DNA of 64,000 nucleotides from an uncultured Actinomycetota bacterium (GTDB lineage: Bacteria; Actinomycetota; Actinomycetes; Propionibacteriales; Propionibacteriaceae), in contig CAWARE010000015.1 of the NCBI GenBank assembly GCA_963784345.1, positions 763-64,762 on the forward strand, given 5' to 3'. Shown piece after piece: positions 33,159 through 43,058 of this stretch (positions are counted from its first letter, which is position 1; each line of letters begins with the position of its first letter). The notes beneath the pieces are model-generated. The model made no database searches. It was not told the origin of the DNA and was given only the letters and a program-made list of their open reading frames with translations. The translations under genes and the position numbers were made by a program.

Positions 33159-34316
33159 TCAGCGGACGGGCGGGCGGGCGAACAGCGTGATCTCGGTCAG
33201 GGACAACACGTCCTGGCCGCCGGTCGGCTGGTCGGGCGGGAAGGCGGTCTGCACGCCGATCCGGATCGACTCCACCGGTACGCCGGTGTCGAGGGGGACG
33301 GTCTGGCGCTCGACGTCGGTCAGGTCGCGGTTCTGGCACTGGTCGGCGTACGCGATCCAGATCGTGCGGGGCCGGTGCTGCAGCAGCCGGTTGGCGTTGT
33401 TGTCGAGCAGCCCGGCCCGCAGGTCGAGCTGCCTGATCCGGGTGCGGGGGAACGACAGCTGGATCACCGGCGTCGTCGGGGCCACGTTGCAGGGGCTTCC
33501 CTGCGTCGTGGCGGTCCACGGCATCTGCCACGCCTTGGCCGTGGCGTCGACCAGCGACTGCGGAGTCGCGTCCGGCCCCGAGGCGTCCGGCGGGATGGTC
33601 TCTGCGGTGACCCCGGTGACGGGCACCAGCACGTTGCGGACGTCGTAGTAGCGGGCCAGCACGAACGCCTTGGGTGATCGCCCGACGACGGTGGCCCCGC
33701 CCCCGACCAGGGCGACCGCCAGCACCGCGATGATCACCCGGCGCCAGCGGTAGAGCGGCGGCAGACTGCGCCGGTACGACCGCCGCGCGACGCGCTCGCG
33801 GCTGTCCCACAGGCGGCGCCACCAGCTGCTCCGCTGCGTCGACCGGGCGACCGGGGCGCTGGTCCCGGGGTGGATGAGCTGCTCACCGCAGTGTCCGCAG
33901 AATCGCCGTGCCGGTTCCAGCTGGCGTCCGCACCGGGGGCAACCGGCGGGAGCCTCGGTCGTGCCCGGGTCTGAGCGGGATGGCCGGGGTCGCGGTCGGT
34001 GAGGAGGAGGACGCCGGTGTCGCCGGAGGATCTGTGGCCGACGTGGCCGTCCGGACCTGCTCGGCCGGCGAGGGTCGCGCCGGCGAGCGTGCCTGGACCG
34101 ACGGGGGTGCCTGGACCGACGGGGGGTGCCTGGGCGGCGGGGCCGCTGCCTGGACCGACCGGGGCTGCCTGGACCGGCACCGGATGGTTGCGCCGGCAGG
34201 ACCTCGGTGACGTCGTCGGCCCCGGACCCGTGCTGCTGCCACCCCAGGTAGGCGCCGCAGAACAGGCAGAACTCCGTACCGGGCTTGTTGGTCTCGCCGC
34301 AGTCCCCGCAGATCAC
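33159..34316 (-). CDS. CisA-like membrane protein: two zinc ribbons, TM, glycan-binding-like C-domain (internal frame slips likely)
   Basis: CGDCGETN..FCLFCGAYLGW; CPRCG..RRFCGHCG; SWWRRLW..YRRSLPPLYRWRR; TM; C-terminus ..LSLTEITLF. Confidence 0.75.
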   Translation of the reverse strand: MICGDCGETNKPGTEFCLFCGAYLGWQQHGSGADDVTEVLPAQPSGAGPGSPGRSRQRPRRPGTPRRSRHPRRSRHARRRDPRRPSRSGRPRRPQILRRHRRPPPHRPRPRPSRSDPGTTEAPAGCPRCGRQLEPARRFCGHCGEQLIHPGTSAPVARSTQRSSWWRRLWDSRERVARRSYRRSLPPLYRWRRVIIAVLAVALVGGGATVVGRSPKAFVLARYYDVRNVLVPVTGVTAETIPPDASGPDATPQSLVDATAKAWQMPWTATTQGSPCNVAPTTPVIQLSFPRTRIRQLDLRAGLLDNNANRLLQHRPRTIWIAYADQCQNRDLTDVERQTVPLDTGVPVESIRIGVQTAFPPDQPTGGQDVLSLTEITLFARPPVR

Positions 34317-34464
34317 TCGCCGGTGCCGCCTTCCTGCCGTCGGCTGTTGCCCACCCGGTGGGCCGCCCGTCGGCGGTGTGCAGCCGGGCGGTCGAGTCGA
34401 GTGCTGTCAGTGTCCAGCACGCCGAGGTGTCCCGTCGAGCACGATCGGTCGAGCGTCGAGAGAA

Positions 34465-34478
34465 TGCCCGATCGGGCC
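34465..34478. promoter_or_regulatory. island operator TGCCC-GATC-GGGCC between the CisA-like gene and the dynamin operon
   Basis: One mismatch to consensus; divergent intergenic region. Confidence 0.55.
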
Positions 34479-34605
34479 GTGACCGTACGGGTCCTCGTGT
34501 GTCACCATGCCTCGTGGCCGGTGAGCGCAGCGCGATGAGCGGGGACCACCGGCCGGCACGGCTCGCACCCGCACCAGGTCGGTCCCCGAGCCCCGGGACG
34601 GGCAC

Positions 34606-36759
34606 GTGATCACCTGCGTCAGCTGCGGCACCGCGAACGAGGCCGACTCCGTCTTCTGCCGCGCCTGCAACCACTTCCTGTCCTGGGACGAGCCGGCCCA
34701 GCAACCGCGCAGCCGGCGTACGCGTCGCTCCTCGGATCTGGCCGCGACCCTGGGAGCCTCACCGGAGCCGCAAGCCGGAGCCGGAGCCGGAGCCGGAGCC
34801 GAGCCGGAGCCGGAGCCGGAGCCGGAGCCGCCTGGCCGGAGCCGCCCGAACCGGCCCCGACGCCACCCGTCCCGAGGGCAAGCTGTCCCGCTACGTCAGG
34901 GCGATCCGGGACCGCCGGCAGAGTCGACGACCGGCGTCAGCGAGATCATCGCCGCCATCGACACCGGCCGGGAGATCGCCACCAGCCAGGGACGCGCCGA
35001 TCTCGACCAGCACCTGCACGAGACCCGGGAGCGGCTGGCCACCGAGCAGATCCAGGTGGTCTTCTGCGGTCAGTTCAAGGTCGGCAAGTCGACCATGATC
35101 AACGCGCTGCTCCAGCGTGCCGTCTGCCCGGTGGACGCCGACGTGGTGACCGCGGTCCCGACCATCGTGCGGTACGCGGCGCAGCCCAGGGTCACGACCT
35201 ACGTCCGGACCGACGACGAGACCAAGATCGAGGAACGCCAACGCCCGCTGGCCGAGATCGACCTGCTGGTCACCGAGGAGGCCGATCCGTCCGACCCGGA
35301 GCGGGACCGGGTGGTCGAGGTCGGCCTGCCCCACCGGATGCTCCGCACCGGACTGGCGATGGTGGACACCCCCGGGGTGGGCGGGCTGGACTCCGCCCAC
35401 GGCTTCCTCACCCTCGGCGCCCTCCGTTACGCCAAGGGGGTGGTCTTCGTCACCGACGCCGCCCAGGAGCTGACGGCGCCGGAGCTCGCCTTCCTGAGGA
35501 CGGCTGTGGAGCGGTGCCCGACCACGGCCGTGGTGGTGACCAAGATCGATCTCTACCCGCACTGGCGCCGGATCGTCGAGCTGGACCGTCAGCACCTGGC
35601 CCGGGCCGGTCTCGACCTGCCGATGATCGCTGTGTCCTCGTTCCTGCGGCTGCGCGCGGTGCAGGATCCCGAGCTCAACGCCGAGTCCGGCTTCTCCGAG
35701 CTGGTGACCTTCCTGGCGCGTGACGTGGTGGCCAGGACCCGGGAGCGGGCGGCCCGCACCGCGGCCGTCGAGGTCGACTTCGTCGCCAGCCAGCTCGAGC
35801 AGCAGTCTCAGGCCGAGCGTGCGGTCCTGGACGCACCGACGTCGACGGAGGAGGTGGTGCAGGAGCTCGACCGCGTGCAGGAGCAGGCGAAACGGCTGAT
35901 CCGCCCGAATGCCACCTGGCAGCAGACGCTCTCCGACGGCATCCAGGACCTGGTGGCCGATGTCGAGCACGACCTGCAGGCCCGGCTGCGGACGGTGATC
36001 CACGACGTCGAGCAGGTGATCGACTCCGGTGACCCGAAGGACACCTGGACCGACACCGAGGTCTGGCTGCGCCGCCAGATCGCCATCGTCACCATGGCCA
36101 ACCGGGATCTGCTGACCGAGCGGACCGAGCAGCTGGCCCAGGACGTCGCCGACCACTTCGAGCTGCCGGAGGGGTCGAAGCTCCAGCTGCCCCTGACCGG
36201 TCAGGCCGATCTCGACTCCGTGGTCCTGGCTCCCGCGTCCACGCTGGCGATGCCCGGCGGCAAGCTCGCGCCGCTGCTGGTGGCTGCCCGCAGCAGCTAC
36301 TACCTGCCGATGATGCTGGGCACCGTCGCGGCCGGGCTGCTCGGCGGCGGTCCCGTGATCCACCTGGCCATGGCCGGCTTCTCGCTGGTGCTGGGGACCG
36401 GGATCGGCAAGAAGATCATCGGCGACGAGAAGAAGCGGCAGCAGACGTATCGTCAGCAGCAGGCCAAGGCGGCGGTGCGACGGTTCATCGACGAGGTCGC
36501 CTTCCTGCTGAACAAGGAGACCCGGGACATCCTGCGCACGGCCCAGCGGCACCTGCGGGACGACTTCCAGTCCCGGGCGAAACAGCTGGAGCGGTCGGCG
36601 TACGAGGCGATGGAGGCGGCCCGGCGGCTGAGCGGTCTGGACGAGGCCCAGCTCGCCGCCCGGGATCGGGAGCTGCAGACCCGGGAGAACCAGCTGGACT
36701 CGGTCCGGACCGCCGCCCGGGAGGTGGCCGGGACCCGGCCGGTGAGCAGCCGTGGCTGA
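34606..36759 (+). CDS. bacterial dynamin-like GTPase (IniA-like) with N-terminal zinc ribbon
   Basis: CVSC..FCRAC..LSW; G1 GQFKVGKS, G2 TAVPT, G3 DTPGVGG, G4 TKID; hydrophobic paddle LPMMLGTVAAGLLGGG..FSLVLG. Confidence 0.92.
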   Translation: MITCVSCGTANEADSVFCRACNHFLSWDEPAQQPRSRRTRRSSDLAATLGASPEPQAGAGAGAGAEPEPEPEPEPPGRSRPNRPRRHPSRGQAVPLRQGDPGPPAESTTGVSEIIAAIDTGREIATSQGRADLDQHLHETRERLATEQIQVVFCGQFKVGKSTMINALLQRAVCPVDADVVTAVPTIVRYAAQPRVTTYVRTDDETKIEERQRPLAEIDLLVTEEADPSDPERDRVVEVGLPHRMLRTGLAMVDTPGVGGLDSAHGFLTLGALRYAKGVVFVTDAAQELTAPELAFLRTAVERCPTTAVVVTKIDLYPHWRRIVELDRQHLARAGLDLPMIAVSSFLRLRAVQDPELNAESGFSELVTFLARDVVARTRERAARTAAVEVDFVASQLEQQSQAERAVLDAPTSTEEVVQELDRVQEQAKRLIRPNATWQQTLSDGIQDLVADVEHDLQARLRTVIHDVEQVIDSGDPKDTWTDTEVWLRRQIAIVTMANRDLLTERTEQLAQDVADHFELPEGSKLQLPLTGQADLDSVVLAPASTLAMPGGKLAPLLVAARSSYYLPMMLGTVAAGLLGGGPVIHLAMAGFSLVLGTGIGKKIIGDEKKRQQTYRQQQAKAAVRRFIDEVAFLLNKETRDILRTAQRHLRDDFQSRAKQLERSAYEAMEAARRLSGLDEAQLAARDRELQTRENQLDSVRTAAREVAGTRPVSSRG
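34764..34830 (+). repeat. GAGCCG hexamer tandem repeat encoding the GA/EP linker of dynamin 1
   Basis: About 10 near-perfect (gagccg) units. Confidence 0.8.
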
Positions 36760-38224
36760 CCCGCTGGTCGACAACCTGGGCGCCCTGCTGGATCGGGCCG
36801 TGGCCGCCGCCGTCGACGCCGATGCCCGGGCGCGGCTGGTCGACGCCCGCGAGCGGCTGACCGGTCCGCTGCGCCTCGCCATCGCCGGCAAGGTCAAAGC
36901 CGGCAAGTCCACGTTGCTGAACGCGATCCTGGGCGACGAGCTGGCCCCCACCGACGCCGGCGAGTGCACCAAGATCGTCACCTGGTACCACGAGGGGACC
37001 TCGCCGCAGGTGACGGTGCACCCGCTGGCGGGGCGGCCGGTGGCCCGCCCGTGGTCCCGCGACTCGGGCGCACTCGAGGTCGACCTCGGCGACCTGGCCG
37101 CAGCGTCGATCGACCGGATCGACGTCAGCTGGCCGACCAGCAAGCTGCGCGAGCTGACCATCCTGGACACCCCGGGCATCGCGTCCATCTCGGCCGACAT
37201 CTCGGCCCGGACCCAGCGGGTGCTCGCCCCGGACGACGGACGGGCGCCGGTGGCCGACGCCGTGCTCTACCTGATGCGGCACACGCACGCGAGCGACGTC
37301 CGTTTCCTGGAGTCCTTCCACGACGACGAGCTCGCCCACGGGACGCCGATGAACTCGGTCGGGGTGCTGTCCCGAGCCGACGAGATCGGCGCCTGTCGGC
37401 TGGACGCCATGGAGGTCGCCGACCGGATCGCGCTGCGCTACGAGGCGGATCCGCGGTTGCGCCGACTGTGCCCGGTGATCGTTCCCGTCAACGGTCTGCT
37501 GGCGTTCGCGGCGACGACCCTGCGGGAGATCGAGTACGCCATGCTGGCCACCCTCGCCCGGGCCGAGCGCTCGGAGGTGGAGATGCTGCTGCTGACCGCG
37601 GACCGCTTCCTGCACCGGTCGAGCGGGGTGATGCTGACCGAGATCGAGCGCGAGCACCTGATCGAGCGGCTGGGCCTGTTCGGGGTGCGGCTGTCGGTCG
37701 AGCTGATCCGGTCCGGCTACGTCACCTCGGCGGTCGAGCTGTCCGACGAGCTGGTCGAACGCAGTGGCCTGAACCGGCTGCGGCTGGTGCTGACCCGTCA
37801 GTTCGAGCAGCGGAGCCGGGTGCTCAAGGCCCGGTCGTCGCTGGCCGTGCTGACCGACGTGCTGCGGGCCGGCGGTTGCACCGACGGCGACGCCCTGCTG
37901 GCCGCGGTCGAGCAGCTCTCGGCGAGCACGCACGAGTTCGAGGAGGTGCGGCTGCTCAGCGCGTTGCGTTCCGGGTCCATCGAGGTCCGGCCGGAGCGGG
38001 TGGCCGAGCTCGACCGCCTGCTCGGCGGCAGCGGGCACAGTGCAGCGGCCCGCCTCGGCCTGACCGAGGAGGCGACGGCCGGCGAGATCAGGCAGACCGC
38101 CCTGAGCTCGTTGGCGACCTGGCAGCGGCTGGCCGAGCACCCTCTGTCGGGGCGGCAGCTGAAGGTGGCGGCGCGGGCCGCCACCCGCACCCTGGAGGGC
38201 GTGGTGGCCGCGCACCTCACGTGA
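36752..38224 (+). CDS. bacterial dynamin-like GTPase (IniC-like)
   Basis: GKVKAGKSTLLNA, APTDAGECT, DTPG, VLSRADEIG, ERLGLFG, SGLNRL, HEFEEVRLL; overlaps the first dynamin stop. Confidence 0.92.
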   Translation: MADPLVDNLGALLDRAVAAAVDADARARLVDARERLTGPLRLAIAGKVKAGKSTLLNAILGDELAPTDAGECTKIVTWYHEGTSPQVTVHPLAGRPVARPWSRDSGALEVDLGDLAAASIDRIDVSWPTSKLRELTILDTPGIASISADISARTQRVLAPDDGRAPVADAVLYLMRHTHASDVRFLESFHDDELAHGTPMNSVGVLSRADEIGACRLDAMEVADRIALRYEADPRLRRLCPVIVPVNGLLAFAATTLREIEYAMLATLARAERSEVEMLLLTADRFLHRSSGVMLTEIEREHLIERLGLFGVRLSVELIRSGYVTSAVELSDELVERSGLNRLRLVLTRQFEQRSRVLKARSSLAVLTDVLRAGGCTDGDALLAAVEQLSASTHEFEEVRLLSALRSGSIEVRPERVAELDRLLGGSGHSAAARLGLTEEATAGEIRQTALSSLATWQRLAEHPLSGRQLKVAARAATRTLEGVVAAHLT

Positions 38225-38249
38225 TCCCGGCCCTGGCTCGCCGCCATGA

Positions 38250-40496
38250 TCAGGACGACAGCTGGTCCAGGAACACCCGGCGCACGACGCGCTCGGCGGC
38301 GTGCCCGTCGTCGTAGGGACAGAACCGCCGGCGGAACGTCTCCAGCCGCGTCGACGCCTCGGGAGTCCTGAAGGCCTCTGTGCAGAGCAGCTCGACCAGC
38401 TGGTCCACGTCCTCGGCCACCACCCCCGGCGGCTCGGCGACCACGTCGAAGTAGACGCCGCGGACACGGCGGTAGGTCTCCCAGTCCGGCGTGAAGAGGA
38501 CGATCGGTCGGCTCAGGTTGGCGAAGTCGAACATGATCGAGGAGTAGTCGGTGATCAGGAGGTCGGCAGCGATGCACAGGTCCTCGATCGGCTGGTGACG
38601 GGACACGTCGATGATCCGGGCAGCCGTCGACCGAGCAGCTGTGTCTGACGGGTCCGGCCGCGTCGCGGAGGAGTACTTGTGGTGGCCCCGGACCAGGATG
38701 GTGAACCTGTCCCCGAGGGCAGCGGCCAGTCGGTTGACGTCGAGCGGTGAGACGAAGCCGCGGTCGAACTCGCGGTGGGTCGGTGCGTACAAGATCACCG
38801 TCGGGCCGATCGCCGCTGCCCGACCATCGACCTCGGCTGCGCTGGGGATCCCCACTCGGCGCCGCATCTCGGCGGTGTCGGCCTCCGTTGCCGTCACCAG
38901 GCGGTCGTTCCTGGGGTAGCCGAGCTCCAGCATCTCGTAGTCGCACGGGAAGGCCCGCCGCCAGACGCGGGACGAGTGCGGGTTGGCCGACAGGTTGAAG
39001 TCCCAGCGGTCGGACCTGCGGAGCAGGTTGCCCAGGTTCGTCCCGCCGTTCGCCGCCGGCTGCTCACGCAGGTCGATCCCCATGTACTTCAGCGGGGTGC
39101 CGTGCTGGGTCTGCAGGTGCGTCGTCCCCGGGCGCTTCACGATCTCGTCGGGGAAGTTGACGTTGTTGACGACGAAGCGCGCCCGCGCCAACGTCTTCCA
39201 GTAGGCGCGGGTGTCCGGCCGCACGGTCGGTGTCCCGCTGGGGGCCGGGTAGCCACGGGACCTGATCACCCAGACACCGGTGATCTCCGGGGCGATCTCG
39301 GCGGCCTTCTCGTAGACGGCGCGAGGATTGCACTGGTAGCCCGCGTTCCAGTACGCCGAGTAGACGGCCAGTCGCTGGTCGACCGGGAGCATGAGCTGCC
39401 AGCGGTAGTAGAGCCGGAGCGCCCGCCCGCGCAGGGTACGCGTCAGTCGGGTCCAGCCGCGACGCAGCCGGCCGCCGCGGCCGCGAGCGGTGCGGGCGAC
39501 CCCCGCCCCCCACTGCAGCGCCACGAGGGTCCGCCGGTGTCCGTGCAGCAGCAGCCACTGCTTGACCGCCTGGCGTTGATCACCCGAGTAGGCGAACCGT
39601 GGGGTCGGACTCAGTTCCCGCGAGCGCCGGGAGGCCACGGCGAAGAACTCCCGCCGGTAGTCGGCGGGCAGTCGGCGAGGGTGCTCCCAGATCGACAGCA
39701 GGTGGTTCACGAGCTGACGGTGCACGACCGGCGCCCACCTCTCGTACAGGCCCGGTGTGCTGCTGAGATGGGAGAAGACGGTGGCGTACTGGTCGATGAC
39801 CTCGATGTGCCGGGACGTGCGGGTCTGGAGGATCCCACCGAAGCGGCGCTGGCGGTAGTGCACGCAGACCCGATCCAGGGTGCCGATCGTGCTCGCCCGC
39901 AGCAGGGCGATCATGGTCCAGGAGATGTCTTCGTAGTAGCCGAGGGCGAACTGCAGACCGACCTCCCTCAGGTAGTCCCGACGGTAGGCCTTGTTCCACG
40001 CCACCGGGAAGATGCGCAGGAGATCGGGGTTGGCGTCGAGCCCGTACGGTTGCGGTCCGGCCTGGCTCAGCAGCCGGGCGAGCCGGTTGCGCTTCCTCTC
40101 TCCCCACCAGAAGGTGCGCTCGTAGTCGTACAGCAGCACGTCCGGGTCACCGCACTCCACCAGCCGGGCGGCGATGGCGGTCAGCGACCCCGGGGTCATC
40201 GTGTCGTCGCCGTCGAGGAACAGGACGTAGTCACCGCGCGCGAGCGCCACACCGGCGTTCCGGGCCAGACCGAGTCCCACGTTCGCCATCAGGTGGGTGA
40301 CCTGGAGCCTGTCGTCCCGGGCGGCGAGGTCGTCGAGGACCGCGCCGGAGCTGTCGGTGGAGCAGTCGTCGACAGCGACGATCTCGAAGCCGTCGAAGTC
40401 CTGGGCGAGCAGTGACTCGACGCACTCGGCCAGATAGCCCTCGACGTCGTGGGCGCAGACGACGACGCTCAGCCGCAACGGAGCCCGCGCTCGCAC
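38250..40496 (-). CDS. bifunctional GT2 glycosyltransferase / CDP-glycerol:poly(glycerophosphate) transferase (TagF-like)
   Basis: [24 protein letters not shown]; [35 protein letters not shown]. Confidence 0.93.
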   Translation of the reverse strand: MRARAPLRLSVVVCAHDVEGYLAECVESLLAQDFDGFEIVAVDDCSTDSSGAVLDDLAARDDRLQVTHLMANVGLGLARNAGVALARGDYVLFLDGDDTMTPGSLTAIAARLVECGDPDVLLYDYERTFWWGERKRNRLARLLSQAGPQPYGLDANPDLLRIFPVAWNKAYRRDYLREVGLQFALGYYEDISWTMIALLRASTIGTLDRVCVHYRQRRFGGILQTRTSRHIEVIDQYATVFSHLSSTPGLYERWAPVVHRQLVNHLLSIWEHPRRLPADYRREFFAVASRRSRELSPTPRFAYSGDQRQAVKQWLLLHGHRRTLVALQWGAGVARTARGRGGRLRRGWTRLTRTLRGRALRLYYRWQLMLPVDQRLAVYSAYWNAGYQCNPRAVYEKAAEIAPEITGVWVIRSRGYPAPSGTPTVRPDTRAYWKTLARARFVVNNVNFPDEIVKRPGTTHLQTQHGTPLKYMGIDLREQPAANGGTNLGNLLRRSDRWDFNLSANPHSSRVWRRAFPCDYEMLELGYPRNDRLVTATEADTAEMRRRVGIPSAAEVDGRAAAIGPTVILYAPTHREFDRGFVSPLDVNRLAAALGDRFTILVRGHHKYSSATRPDPSDTAARSTAARIIDVSRHQPIEDLCIAADLLITDYSSIMFDFANLSRPIVLFTPDWETYRRVRGVYFDVVAEPPGVVAEDVDQLVELLCTEAFRTPEASTRLETFRRRFCPYDDGHAAERVVRRVFLDQLSS

Positions 40497-40524
40497 ACCC
40501 GGCCCCCTTCTCGACGAGCCCGGC

Positions 40525-42909
40525 TCACCGGCGGGTCCAGGCGGGCGCGTCGTCGGCTTCGGGGTTGTGCAGCACCAGGTGCTGGTTGCTGCCGTCGGCG
40601 TTCATCACGAAGATCTCCGGCTCGCCGTTGCGGGCGCTCTTGAACGCGATCCGACGGCCGTCGGGCGACCAGCTGGGATCTTGATCATCACCGGGTGCCG
40701 TGGTCAGCTGGGTCAGCCCGCTCCCGTCCCGGTTCACCACCCAGATGTTGTGCCCGCCCGTTCCACGACGTCGAAACGTCAGCTGCGAGCCATCCGGCGA
40801 CCACGCCGGATCCGCGTCCTGGCCGGGTCGGCCCGGCAGGAAGACCCTCGGGCCGCTGCCGCCGTCGGTCGGCACCATCATCAGGGTGCCGCCGTTCAGG
40901 TCGGTCGGCTCGCTCGCCCAGTACGTGACGTAGGTCCCGTCGGGGGTGAAGGTCGGATCGTCCAGCTTGGGCGCGGTGGCGATGGTGCGTACGCGGTCCC
41001 CGGTGATCGAGACGAGCACGAGCTCGGCGGGCTCGCCCTGCTTCCTGGAGGCGCTCGCGATCAGCTGACCGTCCGGGCTCCAGCCCGGCCGAGCCAGATC
41101 GAGCGAGGCGGCAGGGCCGGTCGGGAAGAGGAGACGGTCACCGCTGCCGTCGACCGCCACCACGTGCAGACCGTCGACGTCCGCCGACGACGGTGAAGCG
41201 CCACCGCCTGGTGTGGCGGGTTCGTGGTGGTAGATGAACGAGCGTCGGTCCGCCGACAGCACCGGTCGGGTGTCGGCCCCCAGACCGGCGGTGAGGCGCT
41301 TGGAGTCCACGCCGTCGACCGTGATGCTCCAGATGTCCCAGTTCGCCTGGACCTCCCGTGGCCACAGCAGCACGTTGTTTCCCAGGGCGAGTCGGCGAGC
41401 GTGGCACGTCGAGCGCCGTGGCGCGCCGAGGACGTCGCCGGGCTCGGTTGCGAACCGATGATCGTGTCGGGGGGTCGGCGGGACTGGACCACGACCACCG
41501 TGGTCACGACGACGCTCGCCAGCACCGCTGCGACCGCGGCGACGGCCGGCCACCGTGGCGTTCGCGGGGGCCCGTCCGGACCCGCCGATACCGCTGCGGC
41601 TCGCGCACCGCGCCGCGGGAACCTGGTGCCGCGGCCGTCCGTGGCTCGGCGGTGTCGGGCTCGGCGGTTCGGATGGGCCTGGCGGCGGGGGAGAGGACCC
41701 CGCGTGGTGGGGGGCAGCGCCGCTGCGGTGTCGCTGGGCGCCGGGAGCGGGAGCCGAGTGCGCTGGGGAGGGGAGGTCGACGGATCGGCACGTCGCGCCG
41801 GAGCGGCGCCCGCCGGTTGCGCGGGCAGCACCGCCTCTGCCGGGTCAGGGCCGGCCGCCAGTCGGGCCGCCCCGAGAGCCACGTCGTGCTTGGGATGGGT
41901 GTCGAGGGCAGGCGGGAGGCTGAGCTCGAATTCCTGCTGGAGGATCTCTCCCACCAGAGGGATCCGCGAGCTCCCTCCGATCAGCACGATGGCGCTGAGG
42001 TCCTTCGGCTGCGACACCGGCCGACGCCAGGCCGCGGCGGGTAGCGGCAACGGTCTCCTCCAGCGCCGGTCTGATCAGCTCCTCGAACTCGCTGCGGGTG
42101 ACTCTCACCGTCGTGGACAAGCCGGGCAGCGACACCGGGACGACGGTGGTCACGTCGCTGGACAAGGCTTCCTTGGCCTCGACGCAGTCGCGCCGCAACC
42201 GAGCCAGGCCCACGGCGAGCGCAGGGTCCTCGGGGTCCCGGCCGTCGATGCGGTCGACCAGTCCGGCCATGACGCGTTCGAACAGGGCGTGATCGAGATC
42301 GGCGCCGCCGAGGTGCTCCACGCCGTCGGGCTGCCGAGCATGACGAATCCCGCCAGGGTCTTCTCCACCACGCAGACGTCGAACGTGCCACCGCCGAGGT
42401 CGTAGATCGCCAGCTTGTCGCCGACCTCGACCCGGGCCCGGGAGGCGTACTGCGCGGCGGCGGCCACCGGCTCGGGGATCCAGCTGACGTGCGGAACATC
42501 GGCCAACGTCGCCACCTGACCGAAGATCTCCCGCTTGAAGGGGCCCCAGTTGGCCGGGTGCGTGAGCACGACAGCCTCCGGGGGCTCGCCGAGGCGCTCG
42601 GTGCACGTCGAGATCACCCACTGCAGCAGCCGGGCGGTGAGGAGCTCGGCGGAGAAGGGCGAACCACCGACCAGCAGCGGGACATGATCACCGAGCCGAC
42701 GCTTGAACTCACGGACCACACGGTCGGGTTCGATCAACCCCCGGCGCTCTGCGGCCTCTCCGACGACGAAGCCGTCAGGCGGTGAGGAAGAGCACGGAGG
42801 GAATCTGCAGGGCTCGGTTGCCGAGGCCGATCATCGTCGGTTCGGACCCGTTCACCATGGCGGCGGCCGTGAACGTCGTGCCCAGATCGACGCCCAGCGA
42901 ATACGACAT
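40525..42909 (-). CDS. Hsp70-family ATPase domain, TM and TolB-like PD40 propeller fusion (frameshifted)
   Basis: [56 protein letters not shown]; TM; [23 protein letters not shown]. Confidence 0.85.
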
Positions 42910-43058
42910 GGATGGGTTCCTCGTCCCTCAGATGGAGGTCATCCTAGTGATGGAAGCCGATCCTGCCGCCAGCCCGGTACGCGCTCCTGGCGATTATGCT
43001 GATCGCCGGCGGATGATCGCCGAATCAGCACCCCGGAAGTGACATCGGAGGCGCCCGG

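Noticed and set aside
34606-38224. Dynamin pair as a stand-alone antiphage system
   Set aside because: Not excluded, but the motifs are IniA/IniC-like and the shared zinc ribbon and operator point to the CIS. No other defence genes were recognised nearby.
42996-43030. TGCTGAT..ATCAGCA inverted repeat with two TGATCGCCG copies between the Hsp70 and hydrolase 2 genes
   Set aside because: Single occurrence that does not match the island operator. Too weak to call, though it could be a separate regulator site.
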